Origin: Lepidodermella squamata
Lineage: Eukaryota; Animalia; Gastrotricha
Length of the DNA stretch: 64,000 nt
Assembly: GCA_047495785.1 (NCBI GenBank)
Contig: JBLDXI010000021.1
Coordinates: 2,604,001-2,668,000, forward strand
Direction of reading: 5' to 3'
The translations under genes were made by a program, and so were the position numbers. This document shows, piece by piece, positions 1-15,436 of the stretch. Position 1 is the stretch's first letter. Each line of letters begins with the position of its first letter. The notes under the pieces are model-generated. The model was not told the origin of the DNA and searched no databases. It saw only the letters and a program-made list of their open reading frames with translations.

Positions 1-1177
1 TCTGTATCTCTAATCGCGGCTAAAACATCCTCTCTCCTTAACGGTAGGTCTCTCAAAAATTCCGATAGCAGATCTTGACAAGTCGTTAATTCAGTCGATA
101 GGGCAGTTGTTGTCTGAATCTCGAATTTATTCACACAGCCTTCCTCAATCGAAAATACAGCTCTCACTGTATCGAGCGCCAGTTTGAATGAGTGGCTGAC
201 TACGAACGGTGGCGTTTTGCCGAAAATCCAATCCCAAGTGCGATATTCTTCGCATCTGCGGTAGTAATCAACTATCAGAGTCGAATCGTTGCATAATACA
301 TCTTCAACTGAACATGAGTCTTGTTCGATAACGGGGAGATCGAAATTTCCTTGACCTGTTTTGAGCGCTGGAGTATTCAAATAAACATCCAAAAACGCAT
401 GTATCAAATTATCCGGGGTGAAATTAGGCGTCGATCGATCCATCGTAGAATGACATGCGTTTATCACAGGGGCTATCCGACTAGGAGTAGCCCTTGAAGA
501 AATTATTTCCGATGGTGAGATGGATGATTTCAAGTATCTTTCCATGAGAGACAAATTGGCATCAACCAAACAGGTAAAGTGATGTAACGAAGTAAACTTG
601 TCCAACCTCGAAAAATTTGAATTTAATTTCAAATTGGCAATTACTGACCAGGTAAGTACCTTGCAGCTGTTCCTGAAATTTTGTGACCATTTAGCAAGAT
701 GTCGAACTTGTCAGTAATTGACAATGCAGAATGTCCAACACCACAAGACACCAACGCATCTACCAAAACTTCCAAGTTTTTTTGTCGATTATAATTATTG
801 CGATCGTTGACGATGGAAAAGTTCACATTTCCGCTGTCGTGATAAACTGTACCGCCTCCGCTGATTCTTCTGGCAACTTCGACTGAATCATTGGTCAAGT
901 TTTGTAGGCTGCATTCCAACCAAGGATTTTGATGACGACCAATAACGACGCAGTTTGGTTTACTGAGAACATGTGATTAGAGAACAAATTCGGAATCTGA
1001 TCATCTGCAAACCAACCTCATGTATATCATCAGAAGGGACCAACCTGGCAACACAACACAGCGCTCTGTCAACGTTGCCTCAAGCGAGAGATAGTCATAG
1101 ATTGATCCGGGATTAACGGAAATCAATGCCTCTTTTTTGAAAGCTGGCAAAATCAATCGACGAAAAAACATGGACAT
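1..1177 (-). CDS. LIPT1: Mitochondrial lipoyltransferase 1 (3' end runs off window; spliced)
   Basis: Spliced reading MSMFFRR...; exon 2 has VVIGRHQNPWLE, ARRISGGGTVYHDSGNVNFS and KISGTA lipoate-protein ligase motifs; GT-AG introns ~963-1016 and ~608-658. Confidence 0.9.
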
Positions 1178-1419
1178 CTAGGAATAAGCACACTAGGTAA
1201 ATTCGTGCCGTTTTATTTCCATCAACTTAACATCTAGATATATCAATGCATTCAGTTTTACAAAGAGTCTTCAAGACCGATTTTATTAGAAAGACTCAAA
1301 AGGATCTACGCAACGGGTGACAAAATAAAACGAGACTGAATTTAATAAGCGTTATTTCTCGTTTCCCTCTTCGCATGAGGCTCGAGAGAGGCTTGAGAGA
1401 ATAAAATACCGAATTGAAT

Positions 1420-1859
1420 TCATTGTTTCTTCGACTGGGTTGCTACGATAGCTCCGCCGAGAAGAAATGCGACCGTTGCGCCTTGCGCAATGACACGAGC
1501 TCTGTAACAAACGCAAGTGTGATACAGACAACAAACATACAACAAAATTATTACCTCATCATTAGCTGGGAGCGGTAATGATTTCCTTGTTTCATTGAAA
1601 TCAATCCATAAGTAAGAATGGCAGCTGTGGCTAAGCAACCTGAATGAGAACTTGAGAATAAGTAGAATAATAATTAGCATCAGATCAAACCGATAGGAAC
1701 AAAAGGGTTATCATTCAGCTTGCTTTTCAGCTTTGCCATCTGCTCGGTTTCTCGCTCTTTCTGCATCTCTAAAATTTCATTTAGAGGAGCAGCGGGCAGC
1801 GATGGTAAATACTTGAATTCCCCGTGCTGAGTTGCTTGTTGCGGAATTTTATCGCTCAT
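1420..1859 (-). CDS. HIGD2A: HIG1 domain family member (HIGD2A-like), 3 exons
   Basis: Spliced translation ...LKSKLNDNPFVPIG|CLATAAILTYGLISMKQGNHYRSQLMMR|ARVIAQGATVAFLLGG matches the HIG1 signature (NPxVPIG, SQxMMRxRVxAQG). Confidence 0.88.
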
Positions 1860-3736
1860 TTTAATTTATTAGTTGAAAATTCTAGATATAATTCTAGACA
1901 TGAAACATTACTAAACATAGACGCTTTTGCATGTTTGAGAGTAACATGCAAGAACTCCGGAAGCGTAAATTAGTAAACAGTATAGAAGACATTCTATTCT
2001 CGTGGAATCCAATAGCTGAAGCAACGTGTAGTGTGCCTATTGTTTGAATAAAATAAAATTGCCGGTAATTGTGTATCGATTCTCAAACTCTGCGGTGTAT
2101 TTAGTAACAGCAGAAGAGCGATTAGGGTTAGGGTTCGACATAGCTCGGATAAACCTTCAGAATTGTGACTTTATGAAAATATAGCTTTAAGAACTGCAAC
2201 CGCAACTGCTCAACTAGGTACTAACGTGAGACACGCTCCAAGATCAATAGCCAAACCTGCAAACAACGTAAAGCAAAGGACTAAGAGCATTAAAAAATTA
2301 TAGGTTGATAACTCTCGTTGACTCCCTTGACATATCCGGAACGATTGCTCTTATTTCAGCCATAATGGCCACAGAATATCTGACCAATAACCCAGCGTAA
2401 TGCAACAGCTGACGTCCGCGTGGGTCGCTGCCAATTACTCGGCGCCATGTTCAGGTAGGTACGGGTAGGGTAGGGTACTGACAAGCCGGGCGCCGCGAAC
2501 GACTCAACGACATGACCATAAGGTCAGCGTAGTGGCTAGTCCGACAAGCATCCAAGAGGAATGTACTGGATGCACAGCCCTTCTACTGAACGCCCCTAAC
2601 TGGGCCTGACTGAGGATGACAACAAACGATTTAGATGTTGGTTCCTCTGAGCATTCCAACCATTAGACATTAGAAGAGTATGGCCACCCACGTCTACGCC
2701 CTTAAGCGGTGGCTGGGGGCGTATCCGTGTCTGAAGCTCGAAATCGTAAGTCGCACCACATCAGTCAAAACCTTAAGCTAAAAGCATCCAAGAGCGACAC
2801 CAGTCGATCGAACTTCTAAGAATCAGACTTCAAGTTGAAGGTCAAGTTGATACGAGGTCCCTAGGTCCCTTCTAATTTCTAGTCCAAATTTAGTACCTAG
2901 GTAGCGTTTCCACTCACCAGGCCATGAATATAAACGGCGTCGTAGCAAAAAAGCCACAAACAGACTGGTAAAGAGAGGCAAGACAGGTTTGGGCACGAGA
3001 TAAGTTTCTCACGGGTGCATTTGGCGAAACCGAGAAAATAATAATAAACAAGGAGAAAAGTGACTATGCCAGAACCTAGGGCATTAATTCATTCAATTTT
3101 TCCATGAAAAAAACTATTTGGTTGGCAGCCAGTCCTCAAGTCACCTCAAACTGGTCATGATCTTTGGCTGAGACCAGAGACCAGAGACATCGCCTGCCAG
3201 CGAAGTCAGTGAATGGACAGATAGGTAAAGGGATTTATAATTATAATCCCAGTTCACCAGTTATCCAATGCTACGGGCGTAAGTTCGAGACTAAGAGCCC
3301 GAGTCAACAGTAGCGATGATTTAAACGGGCCAGAATTGACCTAGGTCAATCAGCTGATCATCTCCCCCTCTGCTGCTTGAACCTCCATTTTTATTTTATT
3401 TTAGTTTTCTCCTAAATATTTTTCCTGTGTTACTGCGGCAAAATATTACGAACTTTTTATCGCCTTTAATGCTATTTACTCAATTTACGGTCACGATCGC
3501 ATGCTGTCTTGCTTTAGGTCATAAGCTGCACGTGGCAGAACATGCCGATGGCTTCTCGATACTTCGACTATGGTGTATTTAACTGGCCCGGTCATTCAAC
3601 CTCAATAGATTGCAATTTACTTTACTAGTTGCATCATCTGACCATAAGTGTTATCATCTGATGATTTATTTTCGAAAAGTTAACCGAAAAGTTAAAAGTT
3701 AAGCCTTTGTATTGATTACTAGTTTGAAGTGATTGA

Positions 3737-6476
<2,740 letters not shown>

Positions 6477-8476
6477 TTATGTTTAGGTATTAAATAATAA
6501 TAAAAGATGCTCTTTTTGATTGTAATATCCTTTCGAAGCGCGTCTTGTGTGACAAGTTTTTATTTGAATCTTAGATTTATTTCTGTATCATCGAGGTTAT
6601 TCGACCGGAAAAATATTATTTACGAACAGAACCGAGCACAATGTGCCTTCTAGCGTCTCATCCCGTTGTTTTCATGATTGTGAATTAGTCCTCTGATAAA
6701 TGATTATTGTTGCGGCTTTCTAATAAACACGAGCCTGTCTTTATTGCTGAATCTTACTTCGAGGTTGGATTCGTCGAGTGTACAATTTGTTCAACTCTAC
6801 GATTACTTCATAGCAAGTTGCGAGCTTGCAAAAGAAGACGACTTTCCAGGTATAAGTTAGCCCATTATTTTGAGTTGGCTTAGTATGCTGTCATTGAAAG
6901 ATGAGAATCATCGGGATGTCTGCTGCTTGATGTTCAACAAGCATCTCAAGTCGTAAAAGAGTGAGATCAGTGTTTTAGCGACAAGATTGACGTGCACTAT
7001 TGACGTATGCTATTTTTCAAGAATATTCAGTAGAAATGGGTAATCATCAATATTCACAAGAGAATGAGCTAATAGCTAATACACGCCGATAAGCATCACG
7101 TCTCATTAGTAAACGGCCTTGGCACTTCACGAATAAGCTGAACATTTGCAAATAGCTTCATCAGGTTACCCTCCCCCGCTGATGTCACAACTGTCGAACC
7201 CCCTCTTTTTCGCATGTCAATAACAGATCAACCACCTTGTGAAATGATGAAATAAAAAAGTGAAAATCCGAGCATTAAAAATGTGGGGGTCGCAAAGAAT
7301 CGAACTTCTTTCTTCTTTCTCCTCTTTCGCTCTCTCTGCTGGCTGTTCATATAGGCCCGATTTTGCATTTGCAAACGATTTTTTAAGGTTGATTTTTTTA
7401 AATTGCGAACAAATTAATTTAATGAGGAAATCAACCGTAGTATAACCATAATAGAAATTTCAGTAGTTTTTCCGTAGTACTATTACAGTAGCACTCACTT
7501 TTCGACGATACTATTAATTATACTACTACTACTATTATACTATCACTCCGCCTATTAAAATTACTACGGTAAAAAAAAATAAAAATCATCAACAATTAGT
7601 CGAACCACCGCATTCGACTAGAGCACTGCTTCTAATTTTACAATGCAAATCGCACGATTTCTAATTATGAGTTGTTCTAATTAGCGAATTAGAACACGCA
7701 TGTTTTTTTATTGCGCGTAATCACTCATTCATAAAACAGCAACGCATTTTTTCGCACAACAATAAATTTTATTTTCTATCGCACACACAATACGCTGTTA
7801 CTAACCGAGGCGAGGTTACAAAAGGCGAGCGCAGCGATGCCTTTAAAATCAAACGAGGCGAAGCCGAGTTTAGATGTGGAAGGCGAGTGAAGAGAGCCTG
7901 GATGAGACGTTGAAACGAGTCGAAGCATGAGTGGAACAAGGCGCAGCCGAGTGTAACGAGTGCGGAGACGAGTTTTAACGTATTTCAATTTTTTTAAGCA
8001 ACAACTTTTCTGTCTGCTGTTTATTGAACGTATTATCGCCGCCGCCAAGCAACTAAACTCCTATACCAAATACCTATAGTTGGGTTTTGGAATTCGCTTT
8101 CTTGATGATTACATATGTAGCTACATTAGATGCCGCGATTTCACCTCACCTGCTCTTTGCACTTGATACTTAATATTCTCAGAGTAGTCCACGGGCCGAA
8201 TTTTCGGAACCCGACCCGGCCCGTATATGAACGAATCTGAAAACCCGGCCTTTGCTGATTCCGCTTAATGAACGCCCGAAGGCATTTGATTCCACAAGTG
8301 CGGGCCACGGTACGACATGCTTAGCTGGCCTCGCTCGGACGTGTAGGTGGGTTTGAACATGGGTTCAAAATTACGACAGCTGTAGCCGTGGCTGCGATCG
8401 TGAACATCAACGTGTGAATTCATCCGGCGCCATCTGGTTCAGGCTCTTCCACACGAATGTACATAGGTGGCACATA

Positions 8477-8750
8477 GGGGGCACACAGTAGTTCAGTGGA
8501 TAGCTGTCTGCTGTGTATTGAGCGTCAAGATCGATGGGCACGAGTTCGATCCCCACCCGGGTCGACCGTGGTTTATCAATGACGCTCTACCCCGACGGTG
8601 GCCGACCACTCCATCGTGTTACAAAAGTGAAAAGTGGTAGATTAGGAGTGTCAGCGAGACTGCACTAATCGCTACCGAGCTGTCCTCAAGAGACCCCAAC
8701 AAGCGACCCTAAGAGCGCTCATTCGGGACCCATGGCTTCGGCCCATCCAT
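8477..8750 (+). mobile_element. tRNA-derived SINE-like sequence (boundaries approximate)
   Basis: Pol III A box TAGTTCAGTGG (8489-8499) and B box GTTCGATCC (8544-8552) without a proper cloverleaf. Confidence 0.4.
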
Positions 8751-8851
8751 TCAACGAATGGGACGTCTCAATAATAAAAAAGGAATTTTCGAATTTTTTT
8801 TACATAGGTGCATCGCGTGTTTCTGGCCGACTGTTATAGCCACCCAAGTCG

Positions 8852-9925
8852 ATGCCGCAGCGCATCCGCCAATGGATGAGTGCCGTACTATCAGCTGTGA
8901 ATGTACTATCAGTTATCAGATCAGTCTTTTTTCCATTATTTCCAAAGACGCCCGAGACTGAACCGTTCGTTTGTAATTTGACGAAAGGAACAACAACCAC
9001 CAACCTGCAGTCGCCCGTTTTCGACCACACCGTTTTGCAGAAGTTGATGCTTGAAGCCTATCAGTCGCCCGGGCCGCCCGCAAACCATGTTTTTATGCGA
9101 AGAATATAAAACGCCAAGTCAATTTTTACCTGTAGCGCATAAAAGAACGAATCCTTTGAGGAAGCAGATACGATTCTAATTCGATGGTTCACGCTGAAGA
9201 AAGGTCTCGAGAGGAACTACAATGTTGAACCGTTTCTTACCGACGTGCCATCGATGTTGATGAGACACGGCATCAGTAGCCGCGCTGACCTATTTACCCT
9301 CGTTCTGCAATACGAGCACGCCATCGACATCATAAGACCACTGGTCAAGCCCGTCGATCTGAAACCATGCTGTGACACTAGATTCACCGATGTATACGAT
9401 TTCGAACCGCCTGTCGGACGTGAGACAGAGGTAAACGTCAATCTCGCGGGCCGAGTTCTACAATTCACCCATAAAGGCATCGTCACTACGACTCAGGGCG
9501 ACCACAACCGCGACATTGCTGGGGCTGTCTTAACAGTCGTTAATTCAGTGAATGTTATGCTAAGTTAGTAATGCTATTTTTTATATTTATTCAGTTATTT
9601 GAAAGTCGCGGTGCTCAAGAGATCAAATTCATTTATTCATGTTTGAATCTTGATTTCTTTCGCAGATATCCTGATCTGGGGCGACAAGGAAGTAGCATTA
9701 TTGGAACGTCAGCAGCGTGAACACTTGATAGCTGGCAACATGTGTGGGCATTTTTGGTTCAAGCTCGTGTTCGACGGGATGGCATAATTGTGACGTGTGG
9801 CCGTACTTTCATCGGGCTTGACAGCACTGCTCGCCGAGATTTGATGGTGCAGCCCAACAGATCAGACCGCTGGGAGTTTCGCCGGACGGACACCGTTTTG
9901 TTGCGGGATCTCGAAGCAGCTCGTA
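8852..9925 (+). pseudogene. Unknown coding-like spliced gene or pseudogene, 3' end interrupted by a transposon
   Basis: Three successive protein-like + ORF segments (8852, ~9150-9560, ~9666-9925) separated by AT-rich intron-like gaps; no family recognised. Confidence 0.3.
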
Positions 9926-11144
9926 CCGTCAGTTGGGGCTATCCGGACGGCGAAAAAAAATTACCCCCTGATTTTTTTGCATTTTTACACGTTTCAGAAG
10001 GTCCTGATTCCAATGGAACCAGGATTCCGAATAGCCCCACGGATGGGGCTATTCGGACAGGTGTGGGGCTATTAATTATACATAAATATTCAATTCAAAT
10101 ATTGCTAATATGCTGTGTTCAGTGGTCGAGTGGCTTTGGATGTGCTTCTAGAAAGCATAGCAAAGTACAACAGCAGGGTTCGAGTCCACGCCGCGGAGCA
10201 ATTTTTCGTCCGAATAGCCGAATTGGGTCATTGGGGCTATTCGGACGAATGTTCATGCAAACGGGAGAATGAGCATGGCTCCAAAACTACCCGGCCGTTA
10301 GCAATGAAATTTTGCACGGAGTTTGGTGGAAAGACGACCCACATGCCATAAAAATTTCATGACCTGAGAGTAAGTGGTTGTGAAGATATGAGCTTACCTT
10401 TCAGGTGTAAGTTAAACTCAGTTTAAGCACTGTTCTGCGTTGAATTACCTGGACCAGATGAGAATTTTGCTGGACCTGCGATCAATTTTTTCTGAACCTA
10501 CAGATGATAGGGCACCCATGAAAATTTAAACCGCCCCGATCCGACTCATACTTTTGTCTAATTAATTGCGTCCTTTTAGCCCCACGGAAAAATGATGTTG
10601 TGGGGCTATTCGGTCTGCCATTTGAATATGCTAATGAACTGCGTTGTTCAAACGTTCCTGGCTGATTAAAGCGGACTTTTACTTCATTTACAATTTAATT
10701 TTTGAATAAGCTGGAAAGACTGCAAAATACTAGTGTTACTGGCCTACGACATTGCCAATTAATTAATTACGACTATAATTGACAAATAATTCAACTAAAA
10801 ATCAGTGTTTTAGTTTGCTCAAATTCTTGGGCATACAAATAATAATAATACAATTTTGCGGAAAAAAATTGCTCCGCGGCGTGGACTCGAACCCTGCTGT
10901 TGTACTTTGCTATGCTTTCTAGAAGCACATCCAAAGCCACTCGACCACTGAACACAGCATATTAGCAATATTTGAATTGAATATTTATGTATAATTAATA
11001 GCCCCACACCTGTCCGAATAGCCCCATCCGTGGGGCTATTCGGAATCCTGGTTCCATTGGAATCAGGACCTTCTGAAACGTGTAAAAATGCAAAAAAATC
11101 AGGGGGTAATTTTTTTTCGCCGTCCGGATAGCCCCAACTGACGG
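9926..11144. mobile_element. Non-autonomous DNA transposon with ~280-bp TIRs (Tc1/mariner-pogo type)
   Basis: TIR CCGTCAGTTGGGGCTATCCGG... 9926-~10206 mirrored at ~10864-11144; flanked by TA on both sides; no transposase inside. Confidence 0.9.
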
Positions 11145-12605
11145 TATGATTTAAGCCACGTATTTCTTGATTTCCTGCTTTTAAATCATGAGAACTTGAT
11201 GTAAAACCAATACATGCTTCCACTGCTAATTTCAAGTTAATTTATACTGGCAGTCATCGCCCGTACCTTTGTTGCCATGGCTAATGACAACGTTGACCCA
11301 TCTATTTCGAAATTTCGCTCTGCGTTGTTATGGGCAGCCAAGTGCACCTACCAGAATAATCAAGCTGGGCTTGAAGAAATTTTCCGAAAAAAGCTGACGA
11401 ATAACCACCAAATTCCGCCATTTTCAGGTGCAGCCTTTCGTCTCACTTGGCCAGTCATCGTTGAGATAAATTATTATAAAGACATTACTTTGATTGGACA
11501 AAAGCCGCTCGTTTTTTGCAGATTTGCGCCACCCACCTCGCCGCTCTTAATTTACTCGACAGAGTACCCCTTAATTAATGCCCTCGGTTTAGGCTGTTGC
11601 TTCATATGTTCTACGCCTTATCTTCCCTTTATCTTCTGTTGACCGTCTCTCATTCTTCTTTCGTTTTTTACTCTTGCTATCGTTTCTCGTATTATTAATA
11701 GTTTATCCGATATAATTATTCTATCTCTTTACATTGTTGCTTTTCCAAAATGACCAGCTTTTCACATACTGACTTGTTGAGCGTTTTTTTTGTGTGCCAA
11801 AAATATATACAACCACAGTATTATTACAGAATTTATACTCATCCCGGTGATTACACTGAAGTTGTGAAAATGAGAAAATATTTGTTGTTTTTCAATCTAA
11901 ATTGTTGTTTTTCTCGGCGGATACCTCGATGCTAATTTGTCTTTATCATTTCATGCACCTAGATATTAACGATATTTGAATTTCACGATCATCCTGTAAT
12001 GGAAGATTTCACCGACAGCCTAACAGAACAGGTCATGACACATTATGGCGTTGAAGCCGCGGGCGATTTCGCCGAAGACCTTACTGCTGCAGATTGGGCA
12101 AGAATTAATGGTAATAGCCAATATCATTTTTTTACAACAAAAATTAATTGCTGTCGTTGTTTCTTTAGCATGGTGCCAGTCAGATGATGCGCAAGCACAA
12201 GAGCCAGTCGTTGCCGCATTACCGCCGCCTGCTCCTACGTCATCGCCCACGCAAGTTTTAGGCCGTTTCGTGGTTAGCGCAGTTGGCCTTAGAACGGAGA
12301 CCGAGATAGCGAGTTTCGCTACGGTCATACCGCCATCAGCTTACCATCGTCAGCGCCACGAATGTCTTTGCGAATTCGTCAGCCCGAGTTTCGGTTGTCT
12401 TCGGCGGCAAAGCACAGGCAGCTGCCTTCCAAGACCTCGGCCATATCCGTTTGCCTCTGGAAGACCGCCTCGTTTACCTGCAAAATTTCATGCCTATTCA
12501 CCGCTCAACAGGTGTTCTCTACAACATCCCTAGCGATGCCGAAGCAGAACGTTTTTTCGCGAAGCTAATCGACGAGCACTTCAATGCGATTGTGCCGATT
12601 CGCGA

Positions 12606-14102
12606 TTGCTCCTCGCTGGCGACGAAGTAGGCGTTAAAAGGCTAACAAAACAATGCAGAGATAAAGCGAAGCGCAGCGTTTTTGTCGCTCGTCTTCCGCT
12701 CGACGTCACCGATGAAGACCTTCGCCTGTTAGCTTCTGGGAAGATTCTCGCCGAGATTATTATACGTGATAATGACCCGCGTTTGAATGCTCGCCGCAAG
12801 TCAGCAATCATTCGTTTCACAAGCCAACAAGAAGCTGTTGATTTCCTCGAAGCCGGTGGGCATTTCCGTGTCGTTCGCAACTGCGGAGTGGTCATTGACT
12901 TGATGGGTGCAGCGCGGCGCCTATTCAATCACGAGGTGTACCGAGAAGATTGGGCTGCCGACGATCGCCTCGTTTACCTGACGGGTCTGCCGTTAGATGT
13001 CACGCTGTTTCAGCTGAAAGCTGCCTTCCCCGGCGTCACCGTTCATATGTACGCTCCATTTCGAGCCGTTTCACACTTCGCCTCACTCGAATTCGCTACG
13101 CGGGCCCAACGCGTCGATTTTTGCAACACCAACACAACGCCTTATGGTGTCATACAACCTGCGAACTCGATCTGCTCTACATTGATTGGCAGTTTCGAGG
13201 GGAAGCTGGCTTATTTGCCAAGCGGAAGGTTCTGGGAAAGCGAACCTGGCGAGCCCGAATTTTACGCAGCCAACACATTCTCACCCGAAGATCTGAAGAT
13301 CGTCTTGGGCACTCAAACAGACGGCGACGTTGAGTCCATAGCCAAGGACAAATTGAGTCGCATCCTCGACGAACGCCTCTCAGGTGACCTCTTTGGAGCG
13401 GTTGAGAACGAGCTAAAGCGATTTCATGGAGATGCTGGCTCTGCCGCAGTCTCGGAATTTCGCCGTTTACGGAATGCCAGGCGCCAATCCGTCGTCTACA
13501 CTCGGTTTTTTTGCCCCACAAACAATGACACGATGTGTCCTCTTCAAATTTACTATCGCTTGCCCGAAGGCAGCCACAAAGCCAATCTGCGCGACTTGCT
13601 GTCGACGGAAATGACCCATCAAGCTTTCCTGAACGCCTTCTATAAGTTCTTGGAGCATCTCACCAGAGATGGAGACTTGATGGGTCGTTATTTAAGCCAG
13701 CGTCATCTGGGCTGCCGCGTTAACTGCAAGGTGGATAATCTCAACTCCATCGACTACTGCGGCTACATTACCGAGAAGCTCGCCTTTCTAGGCGTAGAAA
13801 AGGAACATTGCTATGCCAATACTGTTTATATCAACTTTGATATCATCGGGTCGGATCTATTTTACATCGGTGCCTCGTGGCGAACATTCCTGCGTCCTGA
13901 TGAACATCGGCGCCTGATGTATCAGCAAAAACTTAACAAAACTTTGGGTAATTTCTTCTTTAGGCAACGTTGCCCTTGCCCGTCGAATCCTTTTCGTTGC
14001 GTCATTTTGAAAGTTGCACCCTGTGCTTTCTACCTTGAGCAGCGCCTCATCGATGTTTGTTGGAATTTTATTTCTAACCTTGAGCGCTATCCGAGATATT
14101 AG
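12606..14102 (+). CDS. Intronless ORF with two degenerate RRM-like domains plus unknown C-terminal domain; true start is upstream or disrupted
   Basis: 498-aa ORF; SVFVARLPLDVTDEDL...SAIIRF and LVYLTGLPLDVT...FASLEF resemble RNP2/RNP1. Confidence 0.55.
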   Translation: MLLAGDEVGVKRLTKQCRDKAKRSVFVARLPLDVTDEDLRLLASGKILAEIIIRDNDPRLNARRKSAIIRFTSQQEAVDFLEAGGHFRVVRNCGVVIDLMGAARRLFNHEVYREDWAADDRLVYLTGLPLDVTLFQLKAAFPGVTVHMYAPFRAVSHFASLEFATRAQRVDFCNTNTTPYGVIQPANSICSTLIGSFEGKLAYLPSGRFWESEPGEPEFYAANTFSPEDLKIVLGTQTDGDVESIAKDKLSRILDERLSGDLFGAVENELKRFHGDAGSAAVSEFRRLRNARRQSVVYTRFFCPTNNDTMCPLQIYYRLPEGSHKANLRDLLSTEMTHQAFLNAFYKFLEHLTRDGDLMGRYLSQRHLGCRVNCKVDNLNSIDYCGYITEKLAFLGVEKEHCYANTVYINFDIIGSDLFYIGASWRTFLRPDEHRRLMYQQKLNKTLGNFFFRQRCPCPSNPFRCVILKVAPCAFYLEQRLIDVCWNFISNLERYPRY

Positions 14103-14806
14103 CTTGTTTATTGCTGTTGTGCTTATACGATTTCCTATTGCCTAGTGCTGGTTGGACGTAAATTTGCCGAAGCTACTTCAAGACTGTTTATTTGACACGT
14201 TTCCTTCAACCTTCAATGTTATCAAGTCGGAAGAAAGCTTCTTTTTGTTAAATGCGTTGGCTCATGCTATTACTTGCATTACTATGTATTATTTGCTTAG
14301 TCTCTATTGTGTCATCTCTGTCGGCTACCTAGTCCTGTGTCCTGTCTAACCCGTTTCGTTTCGATGGATTCACTCGGTGCCTTGTTGTTAATTAACCTGT
14401 CGTCTTCATTTTCATCAGCGATCCACCACTATATTTATGTGCACTGAAAGATAGTCTACATTTTGAAAACGAGTTTAATTGATTGTTGGGATTTCATTTC
14501 GAAGCTATTATGCTTCCGCAGCAGACACTAGGCACTTCAATTGTGCCGGAACCTCGAAAGTGTTAAAACCCTCAATTTTTGAATTATATACTTATTGACT
14601 GTATGAACGTCTATTGCCGCTGTATTGCAACATGGAAGCCATTATTATACACGAGAAATAAACTGAGAGTTTTTATTTTCGTCTTATAAAAACCTACAAA
14701 TGGAGTCCGGTTCAACAATAGTGCACAGACTTGCGCATATCTTTCTTCTTTCCTTCGTTGAGCACAAATCAGGGAGCATCCCTGCAACCCAGTTGATCCT
14801 GAATCA

Positions 14807-15436
14807 TCACTTCTTTATCGCCTTCGCTGCAGTCGACGAATAGCCAAACAGGTTGAAATGTCGCAGCGAACGAACTGCCAAGTGAGTAGCACCAAGGGTA
14901 GCGCCGTAACGAACAGGGGCGATCAGCTTGTACAGTAAATATGCCACAGCAGCATTTCCTGCTGTCGAACGTAATGCTTCTTTCAATCTATCGTTTGTCA
15001 GACCCATGCGCTCTAGAAGTCCGGTTATGTCGAAACCGCTGATTTGAGTAATGCATAATACTTGCAATCAGCTTGCAATCACTTAAAATAAATCTCACCT
15101 AGACGCAAGTACATACAACCCGCTGTACCACCCCAAGCTGAGCACAAGGTGCACCGCCAACATGACCTTTCCGTATTCTCGATAAGCGGCCTTGAATCTT
15201 TGAACAAGGGTAGGTTTAACATTCGAACCATTGCCGTTCACAGGCGGTAAAGCTGGACAAGTTTTTATCGTTGGCTGCTCCCCGCTGGCTTGTTTGCTGC
15301 AAAAATTGCGAATATTGAATGTTCGATAACGATCTAGATGAAGTGCTCGCCGAGATAGACTGCTGGCGTGTAGCCAAGGCCTAGTAGTGAAGCAGGCAAC
15401 GATGCGACCCGATGCCAGAAGACCGGCAAGCGCCAT
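14807..15436 (-). CDS. FAM210B: FAM210B-like (DUF1279) mitochondrial protein, 2 exons
   Basis: RFKAAYREYGKVMLAVHL...GFD...VAYLLYKLIAPVRYGATL matches the FAM210 pattern; N-terminal transit-like peptide. Confidence 0.8.

Noticed and set aside
2520-2620. Possible HDV-like ribozyme (GGTCAG...CTGACT with inner hairpins)
   Set aside because: No valid P2/P3/L3 or catalytic J4/2 could be assigned.
8477-8560. tRNA gene
   Set aside because: A and B boxes are present but there is no acceptor or anticodon stem; treated as SINE-like.
10115-11235. ORFs within the long-TIR element as a transposase
   Set aside because: They are mirror translations of the TIRs, with no DDE or HTH motifs.
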